64,000 nt of DNA from contig CAZWEM010000009.1 of assembly GCA_964632315.1 (NCBI GenBank), forward strand, positions 49,081-113,080, given 5' to 3'. Within the stretch, counting starts at the first letter, position 1, and every line of letters begins with the position of its first letter. Position numbers and translations under genes: made by a program. Positions 21,301-30,856 of this stretch are shown one piece after another. Below the pieces are notes generated by a model, which saw nothing but the letters and a program-made list of their open reading frames with translations, had not been told where the DNA came from and made no database searches. The stretch comes from an uncultured archaeon (lineage in GTDB: Archaea > Asgardarchaeota > Lokiarchaeia > Sigyniarchaeales > SOKP01).

Positions 21301-23633
21301 TCAAAGTGTTCGTTAATATAGGTTACTACATTTGTGGTATTCACACATGCTAATGTACTAATTGGATGAATAATGAGCGTGATATAGTCCGTAACACTTC
21401 CAAAACCGGTTTTATTAGCAAATATTTCAATTTCAAAAGCCTCAATAACTCCTCCTATTGGAAGACCACTCGTCGAAAAATTTAACCTATATGTCCCGTT
21501 ACCATAATCAAAAATACTGTAACCATTATCCCAATCGGTACTGACATTTGCATCTGGTATAGGTGTTTTTGAAATCTCACCATTAACAGTTACCTCACAA
21601 ATTGAATAATTATTACTTAAAGCATTAAGAACTCTCGATGAAAAGTCTAATGTTAAAGGTTGCTCGATGATATTTAGTTGAATCAAATTTACTTCCGTTG
21701 TATTCTCATAGAATATTTTTGACGCATTAAATGAAAAATAGTATTCTCCAATTCCTACTCCACTCGTATCAATATCAGCAACATAAATTCCCGAACCAAA
21801 ATATACCATTGTTCCAGAAAATCCAAGAGTAGAATTATAGGAAATAGTTGCAAAATCGATGTAGGTATCGAGATCGTAATCAGTATAATTTAGTTTTATC
21901 AAAAGCGGTTCTCCAGAAACTCTTTCGATGAATGGTTCTACAGGAGTTAAGTTTGTGTGATGCCATAGGCTAAAATTAAACTGTAAATAACCAATTTTGT
22001 CTCGATATACATAAGATTGGTTGTTTGTCCAGAGTAAAATAACACTATAACTACCTACTGGCATATTTTTTCCAACAATAAAACTCCCAAATTCAATATA
22101 ATGAGATGTTAATTGCTCACTGCTTTGATGAAAGAGAGAACCATTTGGATATTCGATAGAGCAATTTATAAATGTGTTTTGATAAGGAACCGAACCATCT
22201 AAGGATACATTAATCTGAAAAGTATCTCCTAAGGTTACACTCGATTTTATTTCAAAAACTGTTCCATTATACACGTTCAAACTTCCTTCCGAGATATAAT
22301 TTTGACTTAATGCCTTTATGATCCACAATCCTGAGCTTAAAACACCTTGTGGAATTATTAATGTCCCAGAGCCGGGATCATATCCTGTACAACTATCTCT
22401 TTGCTCTGAATTGTATTCATCCAAAATAGATGTGATATTCCAGTCGCTAGGCTTCATTATTTTTGCCCAGTTATTAGAATATCCATAAGGAATCATGAAA
22501 GAGCATTCAGTTTGCCAAATAATTTGATTGCTCGTTGTATATTCAGAACTTTCTATTCCGTTCACGGTTGAGTTTAAACTTTTTAAAGCATCAGACATAA
22601 TTGTAATATTATAGACGTATAAATCTTCAATATAGACGGGATTTTTCGAAATTGTGAATTTCACACTACTGGTTTCAGTTCTACTTCTCTCCACATCGAT
22701 AAAAGTTTTACCTTTTCCAAACGTGCTATTTTCATAATAGTAATTTTGATCAAATTCAACATCCTTAGCGATTATCAAATTTGGTTCGTTAGGTTTTGTC
22801 CAAAACGTAAATTGAACATCATCAATATATAAAGTTTGAACTCGATTTGGAGTACTTGTTGCATCATCAACATGCACTCCAACTCGTAATGTAGCATTTT
22901 CCGGGATAATTTGACCGACTTCTGAAATGTCATAGGTCATACTAATAGTATTCCAATTTGCTACATTGGGGACTAAATTGGAAAAACTTACTGAAATATT
23001 CTTTTCAATACCTCCAATAGTAATAGAAATAAAAGCACTAATAGTAGTTGAAGGTGGTGCTGGATTTGGGAGATCATACTTATAATTCATAGACAAGGAC
23101 GCAATTGTGTTTGATGTTGATATTTCAGGAATGGTAAGATTTTCTTCAAAATAGCCGTAATCTCCTTTAGAAAGTGATTGTAAGGCATTAACTTCAATCG
23201 AAGCATATTCGGGTTGCCAATCTCCTTTAACAATTTTACTCGGATTGGAACTTTCATATTCCCATGGGTTTTCTCCATCATCAAAAGTACCATTTATGAC
23301 CCAATCCTTATAATGGGTAACTTCATCATAATTAATTGTTACATTTTTAGAAGTCCAACCTTCTAATAAGGTGAAACTCACATTTGTGGGTAGGCTTAGG
23401 GGGAAATAAGTATTTGAAATTGTCGTATGCTGAGTGATTAATAAAGGTCTTCCCTTAGGATCTTGGTTAGCAGTTTTTAATCTTGAATCTGATTCAGTAT
23501 CTTTATTTCTTAAATTGTAATTATTATTAGAATCATAATTAATGGAGTTATGCAACTTAATGTTTCCTAAGAGAACTAAGAGGAACATTAAAAGAATTGC
23601 CACTTTCCCTTTTTTATGATTCAGAATTTTCAA
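18321..23633 (-). CDS. Giant single-pass surface glycoprotein-like protein (paralog A): signal/anchor, beta-rich ectodomain, 5x ~107-aa repeats, TM helix, ~245-aa cytoplasmic domain
   Basis: N-terminal hydrophobic stretch, many N-x-S/T sequons, TM YILLITVIGLIAIVGILGTL followed by PRKRRKR, then tail DIRNIEALIISSKISGMTLY..GFSGFIQAI. Confidence 0.85.
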   Translation of the reverse strand: MKILNHKKGKVAILLMFLLVLLGNIKLHNSINYDSNNNYNLRNKDTESDSRLKTANQDPKGRPLLITQHTTISNTYFPLSLPTNVSFTLLEGWTSKNVTINYDEVTHYKDWVINGTFDDGENPWEYESSNPSKIVKGDWQPEYASIEVNALQSLSKGDYGYFEENLTIPEISTSNTIASLSMNYKYDLPNPAPPSTTISAFISITIGGIEKNISVSFSNLVPNVANWNTISMTYDISEVGQIIPENATLRVGVHVDDATSTPNRVQTLYIDDVQFTFWTKPNEPNLIIAKDVEFDQNYYYENSTFGKGKTFIDVERSRTETSSVKFTISKNPVYIEDLYVYNITIMSDALKSLNSTVNGIESSEYTTSNQIIWQTECSFMIPYGYSNNWAKIMKPSDWNITSILDEYNSEQRDSCTGYDPGSGTLIIPQGVLSSGLWIIKALSQNYISEGSLNVYNGTVFEIKSSVTLGDTFQINVSLDGSVPYQNTFINCSIEYPNGSLFHQSSEQLTSHYIEFGSFIVGKNMPVGSYSVILLWTNNQSYVYRDKIGYLQFNFSLWHHTNLTPVEPFIERVSGEPLLIKLNYTDYDLDTYIDFATISYNSTLGFSGTMVYFGSGIYVADIDTSGVGIGEYYFSFNASKIFYENTTEVNLIQLNIIEQPLTLDFSSRVLNALSNNYSICEVTVNGEISKTPIPDANVSTDWDNGYSIFDYGNGTYRLNFSTSGLPIGGVIEAFEIEIFANKTGFGSVTDYITLIIHPISTLACVNTTNVVTYINEHFEVEVNYTDTSSGELISGGSCTVSWEGYYEINDVSDGFKITYYTTGLNIDVYNSLIRITKPGYEDALVSITTVINEQETNMSVSINSIDITQNSLVELFFKENINLTARIFAEPEGAYLSGGVLTILSDNYQNILVETQPTFFSLKFNINGENFSSGLNSIFLRYEKQNYTTSIFSFQFFIRAQEIFLDVKINDVSIPENYLQEVYTNQLISISCRAFAEDEMIYLTGGSVKFITEGDEFDLVEESNYWYNISIRISSDNFSLGINNVYVKFELSNYSTTTFSFQIYVRSQNIIMDVKINDVSIPENYLQEVYSNELISLSCRAFAEDEMIYLTGGNVKFITEGNEFSLVEDPIYWYNTSIRISSDNFSLGINYAYVKFELSNYSTTTFSFQIFVRSQDILLDVKVDDQNIAENYLLEAFYDESISISCRAFAEDEAIYLSGGIVKFTIGTNELNISETSNYWYNRTFNIAPNFFIVGINYAYIKFEHVNYSTIIFSFQFYIRTQNVVLEVNFDGNNIQENDLIENKYFNDLITLSCRGLAEKEAIYLSGATAKFIVNTQEFILPERDYYWYNESISILTNTFSLGINYVYVKFELTNYTTTTFSFQIQVNQIPIHVQRIDFTDSLNVQSGDKISILINLTEINSNIPIENATVYCYWEFGTYYFEYIDSGTYKLDLGSQTEIGTHRFNLVITPKQNIYKTTEDSFLIIITEKPTPNYILLITVIGLIAIVGILGTLSVRSYVILPRKRRKRQLIAEKTQGYKDIRNIEALIISSKISGMTLYSRTFSILDEDYITGFSGFIQAITILGKQYTKEGVKLESKDQLIETGNELKELDFNFFHSLICDHEQIRLILLLREKSSEQLRQEIEHLARDLYSECEDLIIGFIGNIKALKKPFEEVIDRHLAFYYKGSFTLNKNEKYHSLKLSGDLSNLELRVLNVLESQSKYNKQFYLNDLFTSLLQNVDEDSLIIAIESLIAYELIIPQSQRYSLYLD
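19470..21080 (-). repeat. Five tandem ~321-nt (107-aa) coding repeats in paralog A
   Basis: Motif SCRAFAE.E.IYL.GG...YWYN...LGINY.YVKFE..NY.TT.FSFQ recurs. Near-identical DNA starts at 20112 and 20433 (321-nt offset). Confidence 0.9.
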
Positions 23634-23815
23634 ACCAAATTTAAAAATTCTTTAATTTTTATAAATAATTTGATAATTGAATTATGAAAATTTTGTCTTT
23701 TAAACATTCCTCTACCTATAAATCCAGTTCTGTTTCAAAAATCTTGAATTATATTTTTGATAGAAAGGTAATTCCATTAAAAATAAGTCATATAGGGAAA
23801 GTACCCTTGAGTATT

Positions 23816-26800
23816 TTAATTCAAATAGAGTGAATATTTCTGACTTTGAGGAATAATTAATTCATGTGCGATAAGGGATTCTATCGCAATGATCAAACTG
23901 TCTTGATCTACATTTTGCAAAAGAGAAGTGAACAAAACGTTTAATAAGAATTGCTTATTGTATTTTGATTGTGATTCAAGCACATTTAAGACCCGTAATT
24001 CCAGATTCGATAAATCTCCCGAGAGTTTTAATAATTGATATTTTTCATTTTTATTGAGAGTAAACGGACCTTTATAATAAAATGCGAGGTGTCTATCAAT
24101 TACTTCTTCGAATGGTGCTCTCACAGCTTTTAAATTCCCCAGAAATCCTACGATGAGATCTTCACATTCTTTATACAGATCCCTTGCGAGGTGTTCAATT
24201 TCTTGTCTTAGTTGTTCAGAACTTTTTTCTCTGAGGAGTAGAATTAATCGAATTTGCTCATGATCGCATATTAAGGAATGGAAAAAATTGAAATCCAATT
24301 CTTTAATTTCATTCGTAGTTTTCATCAATTCATCCTCGGATTCTACTTTTTCACCTGCTTTAGTGTATTGCTTTCCTAGAATGGTGATTGCTTGAATAAA
24401 TCCCGAGAATCCGGTAATATAATCCTCGTCTAAAATTGAAAAGGTCTTGTTATAGAGGGTCATGCCACTCTGTTTACTACTAATGATAATTGCTTCAATA
24501 TTTCTTATATCCTTATATCCTTGAGTTTTTTCTGCGATTAATTGTTGCTTCCTCCTTTTTCTTGGAAGAATAACATAAGATCTCAGACTCAAAACTCCTA
24601 GAATCCCAACCACGGCGATAAGACTTATAATGATGATTAAGAATAAATAGTTAGGGACTGGTTTCTCAGAAATGATTATATCGAATGAAAATTGAGAAAC
24701 TTTATATTCATTTTCTTTTGGGGTAATGATTATATTGAATGGATAGGTTCCTATAGCTGTAAATGGACCAAGTGTTAAATTGTAAATTCCGTTCCCTGTA
24801 TACTCAAAACTATATTGACCAAATCTCCAATTACAAGTTACTGTGGCATTCTCTATAGGTTTATTTGAGTTTAATTCAGTTAAGTTAATTGAAATTAATT
24901 TTTTATCTCCTGAATACATATCTAAAGAATTTGTGAAACCGATTTGTCTGATATTTATACTTATTTGATTAACTTGCAATTGAATGGAAAAAATTGTGGT
25001 TGTATAGTTTTCATGCTCGAATCTCAGATAAATATTATTAAATCCAAGGGAAAAAAGATCCGTAGAAATGATAAATGATCCATTATACCAGTAATTAGCA
25101 TTTTCTGATAAAGATATTTCAGTCGTATCAATAAAGAGGGTTATAGTTCCCCCCGTTAAGTAAATTTTCTCGACATCAGCAAAAGCTCTACACGATATAG
25201 AAACATTTTGATTAAAATCTCTTGTTAATAAATGATTTTCTGTAAAATTTTGATGATCAATCCTTACATCTAAACTAATAGGCTGTGCTCTAAGATAAAT
25301 TTGAAATGAGAAAGTTGTAGTCGTGTAATTTGAAAGATCAAATTTTAAATAAACATAATTTATTCCTTGTGATAAGAGGTCAGAAGAGATGGTAAATGTC
25401 TTATTATACCAAAAATCAAGATCTTCTGATAAGCTAATTTCATTTAATTCAGTAATGAGCACTACAGATCCCCCCGATAAATAAATCGCTTCGATTTCAG
25501 CAAACGCTCTACAAGAAACCGTAATGTTTTGATGATTAAATTTTTCGATTAGATGATTTTCTGGAATTAATTCATTATCAATCCTTACTGTTAAATTGAC
25601 ATTCTGTGCTCGAATGAAAAATTGAAAGGAAAATACTGTTGTTGTATAATTGTTTTTTTCAAATCGTAGATAAATCGTACTTAAACCGGTATCAAAGTAT
25701 TCTCCATCTATAACTTCTACCAAATTGTAATAGGTGGATTGAGGTTCAGTAAGATTCGCCTCATAATGATCACTCATCATTGTAAGAACCCCTCCTGTCA
25801 AGAAGGCATGTTCTCGATCAGCGTATACTCGAGCAGTGACATTGATAGTCTCTTCAAAAGATAGCTCAATCGGTTCATTTTGAGTTACATTATCTCCATT
25901 AATGGATAGATATATGCTGACATCTTGTTCATTAACTATAACCACAATATTTACCAACGCATCTTCATATCCTGGCTTGGATAACGTTATCAAGCTATTG
26001 TAAGCATCGATATTGAGATTTGTTGTATAATATTTAATCACGAATCCGTCGGTAACGTTATCTATTTCATAATCACTATCCCACTGGACAGTACATTCCG
26101 CTCCACTTATTAGTGCATTATTACTTGCAATCGTATAATTTACTTTTATATCAAAGTTCTCATTTATATAACTTACAATATTCGTACGATTTGCCTCTGC
26201 TGATGTAGCAATTGGATGGACAATTAGTGTAATAGAATCAGAAATGCTTTCATAATTTATCTTATTAACAAATATTCCAATTTCATATGTCTCAATAACA
26301 CCTTCAAGAGGTAGTCCATTAGTAGAAAAGTTGAGATCATATGTCCCATTTCCATAATCCATATAAGAATATCCATTATCCCAATCCGTACTGAAATTTG
26401 CTGGAGATAAAGGTGCTCCTGAAATTTCCCCCTCTAGATCAACTCTACACATTGCATAACTGTTTCCAGTAGAATTTATCACTCTTGAAGTAAAAACTAA
26501 TTTGATTGGTTCAGAATTTAACTTTAAATGAATTAGATCCGTAGTAGTTTGATTTTTATAAAATGATTTCGAAGCATTAATTGAAAAATAATAATCTCCG
26601 TTAGGTGAACCACTTGTATCGATTTCAGAAAAATATACTCCTGATCCAATATAAGACATTACTCCAGAACCAAAATATGATTGATAAATGACCTCTCCAA
26701 ACTCAATCGGAACATTTAGGTCAATATCAGTAAAGTTAACTTTGATTAGAAGTGGTTCTCCAGCAATTTGCTCAAAATAGGAATCTACTGCGAATAAACT

Positions 26801-28540
26801 AGTATGGTGGAGTACTTTAAATTCTAATTCATAATATCCAACCTGCGAAATGTTAGTATCGTAATCATTCCATCTTATAGAAGCAAAATATCTTCCAACA
26901 CTCGTATTCTGTGCTCCAAGGGTAATCTCTGAAAACTCTAAATCCCCAGTACTACTAACAGAAGAGATCTCTTCATAATAGAGAGTTCCATTAGGATAAA
27001 AGATTTGCAAGCTTCCATTTGTTAATTCTGGGCTTGATATTAGAGTGTTATCTATTGATGCATTGATTTTGAATTTGTTTGAAGGATAAAAAGTCGAATT
27101 TAGAGTCCAATCTTGTTCATTTTTTTTATAGATTTTCGCATCTTGTACATAATTTGGAGCTTCTGCCACGAATTTCCATATCCCATTAGTTATGATCGAA
27201 TTAGGGATCGAGAAAGTGGTATTCCCGTATCCAGTTCCTAACACCTGAGCTACTTTATTGTCTAAATATGGATCGATTACCTCAGTTATGACCCAATTTA
27301 GGGGCTTAGATACATTGAAATAATAACCTGAAGAATATGATCCTGGTTGATTAACCGTAAAATAGGTAGACCATTGTGTTAAGGAATTGTTTTCAACTTT
27401 GAATATACTTCCTTCTACTCCTAATTGGGTGGTTGTTTTTTTAGAAGAACTCGCTTGTACATTTAGGTTTGAAGAGATTATGACATTTCCCGAAGAATTA
27501 TGAGAAAAAGAGAAATAGTGAGACATATTTCCTTCCCAAGTGTTCTGTGAATTTAATGATCCTTGACCATAATCAACTCCATCCGAAATAGGTACTGTAT
27601 TGTTATGTGTTTCATCTATCATGGTAAGATTTATTTGATGTGGTCTTGGTATGGTTGACAAAGTTAATGTAATATTATCATAATACAATTCCAAATATCC
27701 TGTTGGACTTATTGGTTGAGCACCGATAGCTCTTTCAAAGATTAATGAAAGAGTTCCTGGAAGTTCAAAACTATAAATTTCTGGTTGAAATACAAAACTT
27801 TCAGTGTACCAAACATTCTTATCTAAAGTATCAAGCTTAGGGAGAGAAAATTCTTGGGAATTCCCATTCACATCGATAAATACTGAATGGTAGGCTCCTC
27901 CAGTACTCTTTGTCCAACTGTAATCATCGTACAGCATTCGATATCTGAAACTAATTTCCCAATATGCAAAAGGTATTTGATCCCTTAGAATAGCAAGACT
28001 GTAATCCCAATCATAATATGTATTCATTATTGATGATCCATCTCCATCAAATCTCATGTATATGGAATCATTTGTTCCACTCGAGGCATTATACCAATCG
28101 AAAGTCACATGACTTGGATCATTTGTATCGCTTGTCCAATGGTTTGAATCATATCCTGAATCAAAAGTATCATTTAAAAAATTACCATCATAATCAAGTA
28201 TATTAAAAATGTTGCCACTAATCTCATCAGCATTCCAGCTATTTGGTAATACAATTGAAGCCTTATCATTATTAGTTAAATTTAAATTGTTACTTTGAAA
28301 ATTCCCAGTTCCAAATTCAGATGCATTAAGGGCTTTCCCCAATCCTGAATATTCAGAAGCAGCGGAGTTTAATCCACTTTCGATTTCAGGTTTATTAGAA
28401 TCAATAAATTTTAAATTATCTGAGTTTTGAGTATCCACAAAAAGTAAATTCACACTCATATTTCCTAAACAAAATATGATAAGTATCAAAAACAACCAGA
28501 AACCATTTCTTTTGTTGTGGTTTTGATACTTAAAACTCAA
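23816..28540 (-). CDS. Giant single-pass surface glycoprotein-like protein (paralog B), 3x ~107-aa repeats
   Basis: Same architecture as 18321-23633, with a nearly identical cytoplasmic tail and a divergent N-terminal region. Confidence 0.85.
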   Translation of the reverse strand: MSFKYQNHNKRNGFWLFLILIIFCLGNMSVNLLFVDTQNSDNLKFIDSNKPEIESGLNSAASEYSGLGKALNASEFGTGNFQSNNLNLTNNDKASIVLPNSWNADEISGNIFNILDYDGNFLNDTFDSGYDSNHWTSDTNDPSHVTFDWYNASSGTNDSIYMRFDGDGSSIMNTYYDWDYSLAILRDQIPFAYWEISFRYRMLYDDYSWTKSTGGAYHSVFIDVNGNSQEFSLPKLDTLDKNVWYTESFVFQPEIYSFELPGTLSLIFERAIGAQPISPTGYLELYYDNITLTLSTIPRPHQINLTMIDETHNNTVPISDGVDYGQGSLNSQNTWEGNMSHYFSFSHNSSGNVIISSNLNVQASSSKKTTTQLGVEGSIFKVENNSLTQWSTYFTVNQPGSYSSGYYFNVSKPLNWVITEVIDPYLDNKVAQVLGTGYGNTTFSIPNSIITNGIWKFVAEAPNYVQDAKIYKKNEQDWTLNSTFYPSNKFKINASIDNTLISSPELTNGSLQIFYPNGTLYYEEISSVSSTGDLEFSEITLGAQNTSVGRYFASIRWNDYDTNISQVGYYELEFKVLHHTSLFAVDSYFEQIAGEPLLIKVNFTDIDLNVPIEFGEVIYQSYFGSGVMSYIGSGVYFSEIDTSGSPNGDYYFSINASKSFYKNQTTTDLIHLKLNSEPIKLVFTSRVINSTGNSYAMCRVDLEGEISGAPLSPANFSTDWDNGYSYMDYGNGTYDLNFSTNGLPLEGVIETYEIGIFVNKINYESISDSITLIVHPIATSAEANRTNIVSYINENFDIKVNYTIASNNALISGAECTVQWDSDYEIDNVTDGFVIKYYTTNLNIDAYNSLITLSKPGYEDALVNIVVIVNEQDVSIYLSINGDNVTQNEPIELSFEETINVTARVYADREHAFLTGGVLTMMSDHYEANLTEPQSTYYNLVEVIDGEYFDTGLSTIYLRFEKNNYTTTVFSFQFFIRAQNVNLTVRIDNELIPENHLIEKFNHQNITVSCRAFAEIEAIYLSGGSVVLITELNEISLSEDLDFWYNKTFTISSDLLSQGINYVYLKFDLSNYTTTTFSFQIYLRAQPISLDVRIDHQNFTENHLLTRDFNQNVSISCRAFADVEKIYLTGGTITLFIDTTEISLSENANYWYNGSFIISTDLFSLGFNNIYLRFEHENYTTTIFSIQLQVNQISINIRQIGFTNSLDMYSGDKKLISINLTELNSNKPIENATVTCNWRFGQYSFEYTGNGIYNLTLGPFTAIGTYPFNIIITPKENEYKVSQFSFDIIISEKPVPNYLFLIIIISLIAVVGILGVLSLRSYVILPRKRRKQQLIAEKTQGYKDIRNIEAIIISSKQSGMTLYNKTFSILDEDYITGFSGFIQAITILGKQYTKAGEKVESEDELMKTTNEIKELDFNFFHSLICDHEQIRLILLLREKSSEQLRQEIEHLARDLYKECEDLIVGFLGNLKAVRAPFEEVIDRHLAFYYKGPFTLNKNEKYQLLKLSGDLSNLELRVLNVLESQSKYNKQFLLNVLFTSLLQNVDQDSLIIAIESLIAHELIIPQSQKYSLYLN
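24965..25930 (-). repeat. Three tandem ~107-aa coding repeats in paralog B
   Basis: Units begin QDVSIYL, QNVNLTV and QPISLDV. Each ends NYTTT.FS.Q. Confidence 0.85.
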
Positions 28541-28746
28541 GAGAATAAACCTGTTGATATACTAATTTTATGAATAAAGAATGAAATTACAATTTAATAA
28601 ATATTACTTTAATAAAACATACGATTGATTTTGTCTAACTTGTCATCTGAATAAGTGGAATTTTTTCAATTTATTTTGAATAATGATTCTTTTAAAACTT
28701 TTATTAATAAATTATTATAAAAGAAATCTATAAATCACCTTATACT

Positions 28747-29142
28747 CTAATCAAATAGAGTTAGAAGGTCTTCTTTAGAAAGATCTTGTCTAAGTTTTTG
28801 ATCCTCCCAGAGTTTGCGAAAGAAATAAAAATATTCATATAAATCATACTTATTAGGTGAGTAGATTAATTTTCCATCCTCTATTACTTGGATTTTTATA
28901 AAGAGGGGTAATTCTGTAAAAAGTCGGATATCATATTTTTCTAAATCCTTCTGTGTCCATATAAAGGAAAGAAGATTACCCGCTTCTTCATCTGGAGCTA
29001 CGATGCATATATCAATATCACTTCTATTAGTTTCTGAATCGTTTAGATGTGATCCATAAAGAATAATACCCACTATTTTTTTTTCTTGAAAAATGGTAGC
29101 AAAATCCTTTTTTATTTTATCTACTATTTGTTTTTTAACCAT
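28747..29142 (-). CDS. Minimal nucleotidyltransferase (MNT) antitoxin
   Basis: ILYGSH...RSDIDICIV (GS-x-D-x-D), then D....ELPL....VIEDGKLIY. Overlaps the HEPN gene. Confidence 0.88.
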   Translation of the reverse strand: MVKKQIVDKIKKDFATIFQEKKIVGIILYGSHLNDSETNRSDIDICIVAPDEEAGNLLSFIWTQKDLEKYDIRLFTELPLFIKIQVIEDGKLIYSPNKYDLYEYFYFFRKLWEDQKLRQDLSKEDLLTLFD

Positions 29143-29558
29143 TTTGATATCTCCTCCTTGAAGTCTTTAATGCTTATTTTAAGTTTTATTAAACTTTTAT
29201 ATGCTATGCTACTATCCAATCCATTATAGTCATGTACTATCCGATTTCTTAATCCTACTGATTCTCTTAAATCCTTTGATAGGGTATGTGAAATTAAGGA
29301 TTCATTTTCTAACAATTCTATATTAGTATAATTATCCTTCGTCAAGTGCTTGCTATCCTTTACCATCATAGCGATTAGATCTAGAACTGTCTCGATTGCT
29401 AATTGAAATGCATGATAAATGCCATACTGGTGAATTAAATTGATATTATTATTAAATTCAGCCTCGTCAATATCATTTGTCCATTTGTCAAGATTCTCAA
29501 TTAGTTGGGTTAAGAATTCTATTTTTTCATCATAACGCTTAATTCTTTTCTTTTCCAT
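29124..29558 (-). CDS. HEPN (DUF86/HepT-like) RNase toxin
   Basis: GLRNRIVHDY (R-x4-H-x-Y) motif, YHAFQLAIE helix, paired with MNT. Confidence 0.88.
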   Translation of the reverse strand: MEKKRIKRYDEKIEFLTQLIENLDKWTNDIDEAEFNNNINLIHQYGIYHAFQLAIETVLDLIAMMVKDSKHLTKDNYTNIELLENESLISHTLSKDLRESVGLRNRIVHDYNGLDSSIAYKSLIKLKISIKDFKEEISKWLKNK

Positions 29559-29913
29559 CCCTAATAATAATATTTTTGATTAACTATTTGAACTTGTTTA
29601 TTGTACTTCTAGTTTTTTAAGCTAAAAATCTTCTAATAAGTTCAAATCTAAGAATTTTCTTCATCTTTTATTCCAATGTAAATTATTATCAAACATCACC
29701 AATGGGAAATCTAATTCCCATTAAAAATTCGGATTGCAAAGTAATTAAAAAATTAAGCGAAAAATGATTCTGGTATTACTCGGAAGATATGCACATATCA
29801 TTTAGATGCATCATTAAATTCGTGAAAGTGTGGTTTCACGATCACTATCGTTAATAAAATTCAGATCAATGAAAAATCAAATCCTCTTCCTTCCAAAGAA
29901 TCAATAAATAGAG

Positions 29914-29954
29914 TGTATACAATCATAAGCCTTATAAATATGCGATTGTATACA
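29914..29954 (+). promoter_or_regulatory. Promoter/operator of the PIN-RHH TA operon: TATA box flanked by an 11-bp perfect inverted repeat
   Basis: TGTATACAATC (29914-29924), then TTATAAATA (29932-29940), then GATTGTATACA (29944-29954). The ATG at 29962 lies at leaderless-transcript distance from the TATA box. Confidence 0.75.
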
Positions 29955-29961
29955 TAATATA

Positions 29962-30471
29962 ATGAGATGGATTTTAGATGCTTGTACTTTAATATATTTG
30001 ATTAAAGCAAAGTTATTCAAACAATTCATTGACTTGGTGAAATACCCAGTAGTAATAGATTCAAATGTAAATCAAGAAGTTGTTATTGACGGTAAGACAA
30101 ATAATTATTCTGATGCTTTTGAAGCGGAAGCTCTCTTAAATGAGTTTAGAATACCTATTGTCTCTATAGATATATCTAAGGATTTATATCGTTTTAGTGA
30201 CCCTGGAGAAACAAGCTGCTTCCTTTTAGCTATTGAACAAGGAATCTGCATTACATCAGATGATAAAGCATTCCGTAAACTTTTAAATGAGAATGTGCAA
30301 GTTATAAGGCTTGATACATTCTATTATGAAAAATGTAGGCAAAATCAAATAAATAAAAAAGAATTTTTATCTATTTTAAATAAATTGGAATTAATATATG
30401 CTACAAAACCAAAATCCATATTATTCTTTATGAATAAACTTCAAGAAAAGGAAGAGGATAAAAATGACTGA
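29962..30471 (+). CDS. PIN-domain (VapC/DUF3368-like) toxin
   Basis: ILDACTLI, V..EVV, DPGE, ITSDD acidic PIN residues. Confidence 0.82.
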   Translation: MRWILDACTLIYLIKAKLFKQFIDLVKYPVVIDSNVNQEVVIDGKTNNYSDAFEAEALLNEFRIPIVSIDISKDLYRFSDPGETSCFLLAIEQGICITSDDKAFRKLLNENVQVIRLDTFYYEKCRQNQINKKEFLSILNKLELIYATKPKSILFFMNKLQEKEEDKND

Positions 30472-30790
30472 TGTTGTATCAACAAGATTAGATGAGAAAG
30501 AGATAGAAGAATTGAACCAAATAAGTGAAAAGGAGCGAATGGATCGCTCCTCTTTAATTAGGAAATTTTTATTAGCTCAGATTGAGGAATATAGGTTGAA
30601 GGAAGTTGGAGAGAATTATCGAAAGGGATTAGTAAGCTTGGCAGAAGCGGCTACTTTAGCAAAGGTCTCGATTTATAAAATGATGGATTATATCGAACGT
30701 GAAAAAATTCAAGCCCCATCTTTATCTGAGTCTGAAATGGAAGAGGATTTAAAGCGAAGTAAAAATTTATTTGAAGAAATTAAAAAATAA
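30464..30790 (+). CDS. Ribbon-helix-helix + UPF0175 antitoxin
   Basis: VVSTRL...DRSSLIR (RHH) and YRKGLVSLAEAATLA (UPF0175). 8-nt overlap with the PIN gene. Confidence 0.82.
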   Translation: MTDVVSTRLDEKEIEELNQISEKERMDRSSLIRKFLLAQIEEYRLKEVGENYRKGLVSLAEAATLAKVSIYKMMDYIEREKIQAPSLSESEMEEDLKRSKNLFEEIKK

Positions 30791-30856
30791 AATTTAGAAC
30801 CGTGCGGATTAATAAGATTAATTAAAATAAATTTCAAAACAAAATTTTTTACATGA

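Noticed and set aside
18321-24620. Diversity-generating retroelement TR/VR pair suggested by the similar 3' ends
   Set aside because: Both copies lie in intact paralogous CDSs, the differences look mostly synonymous rather than adenine-specific, and no reverse transcriptase is present in the window.
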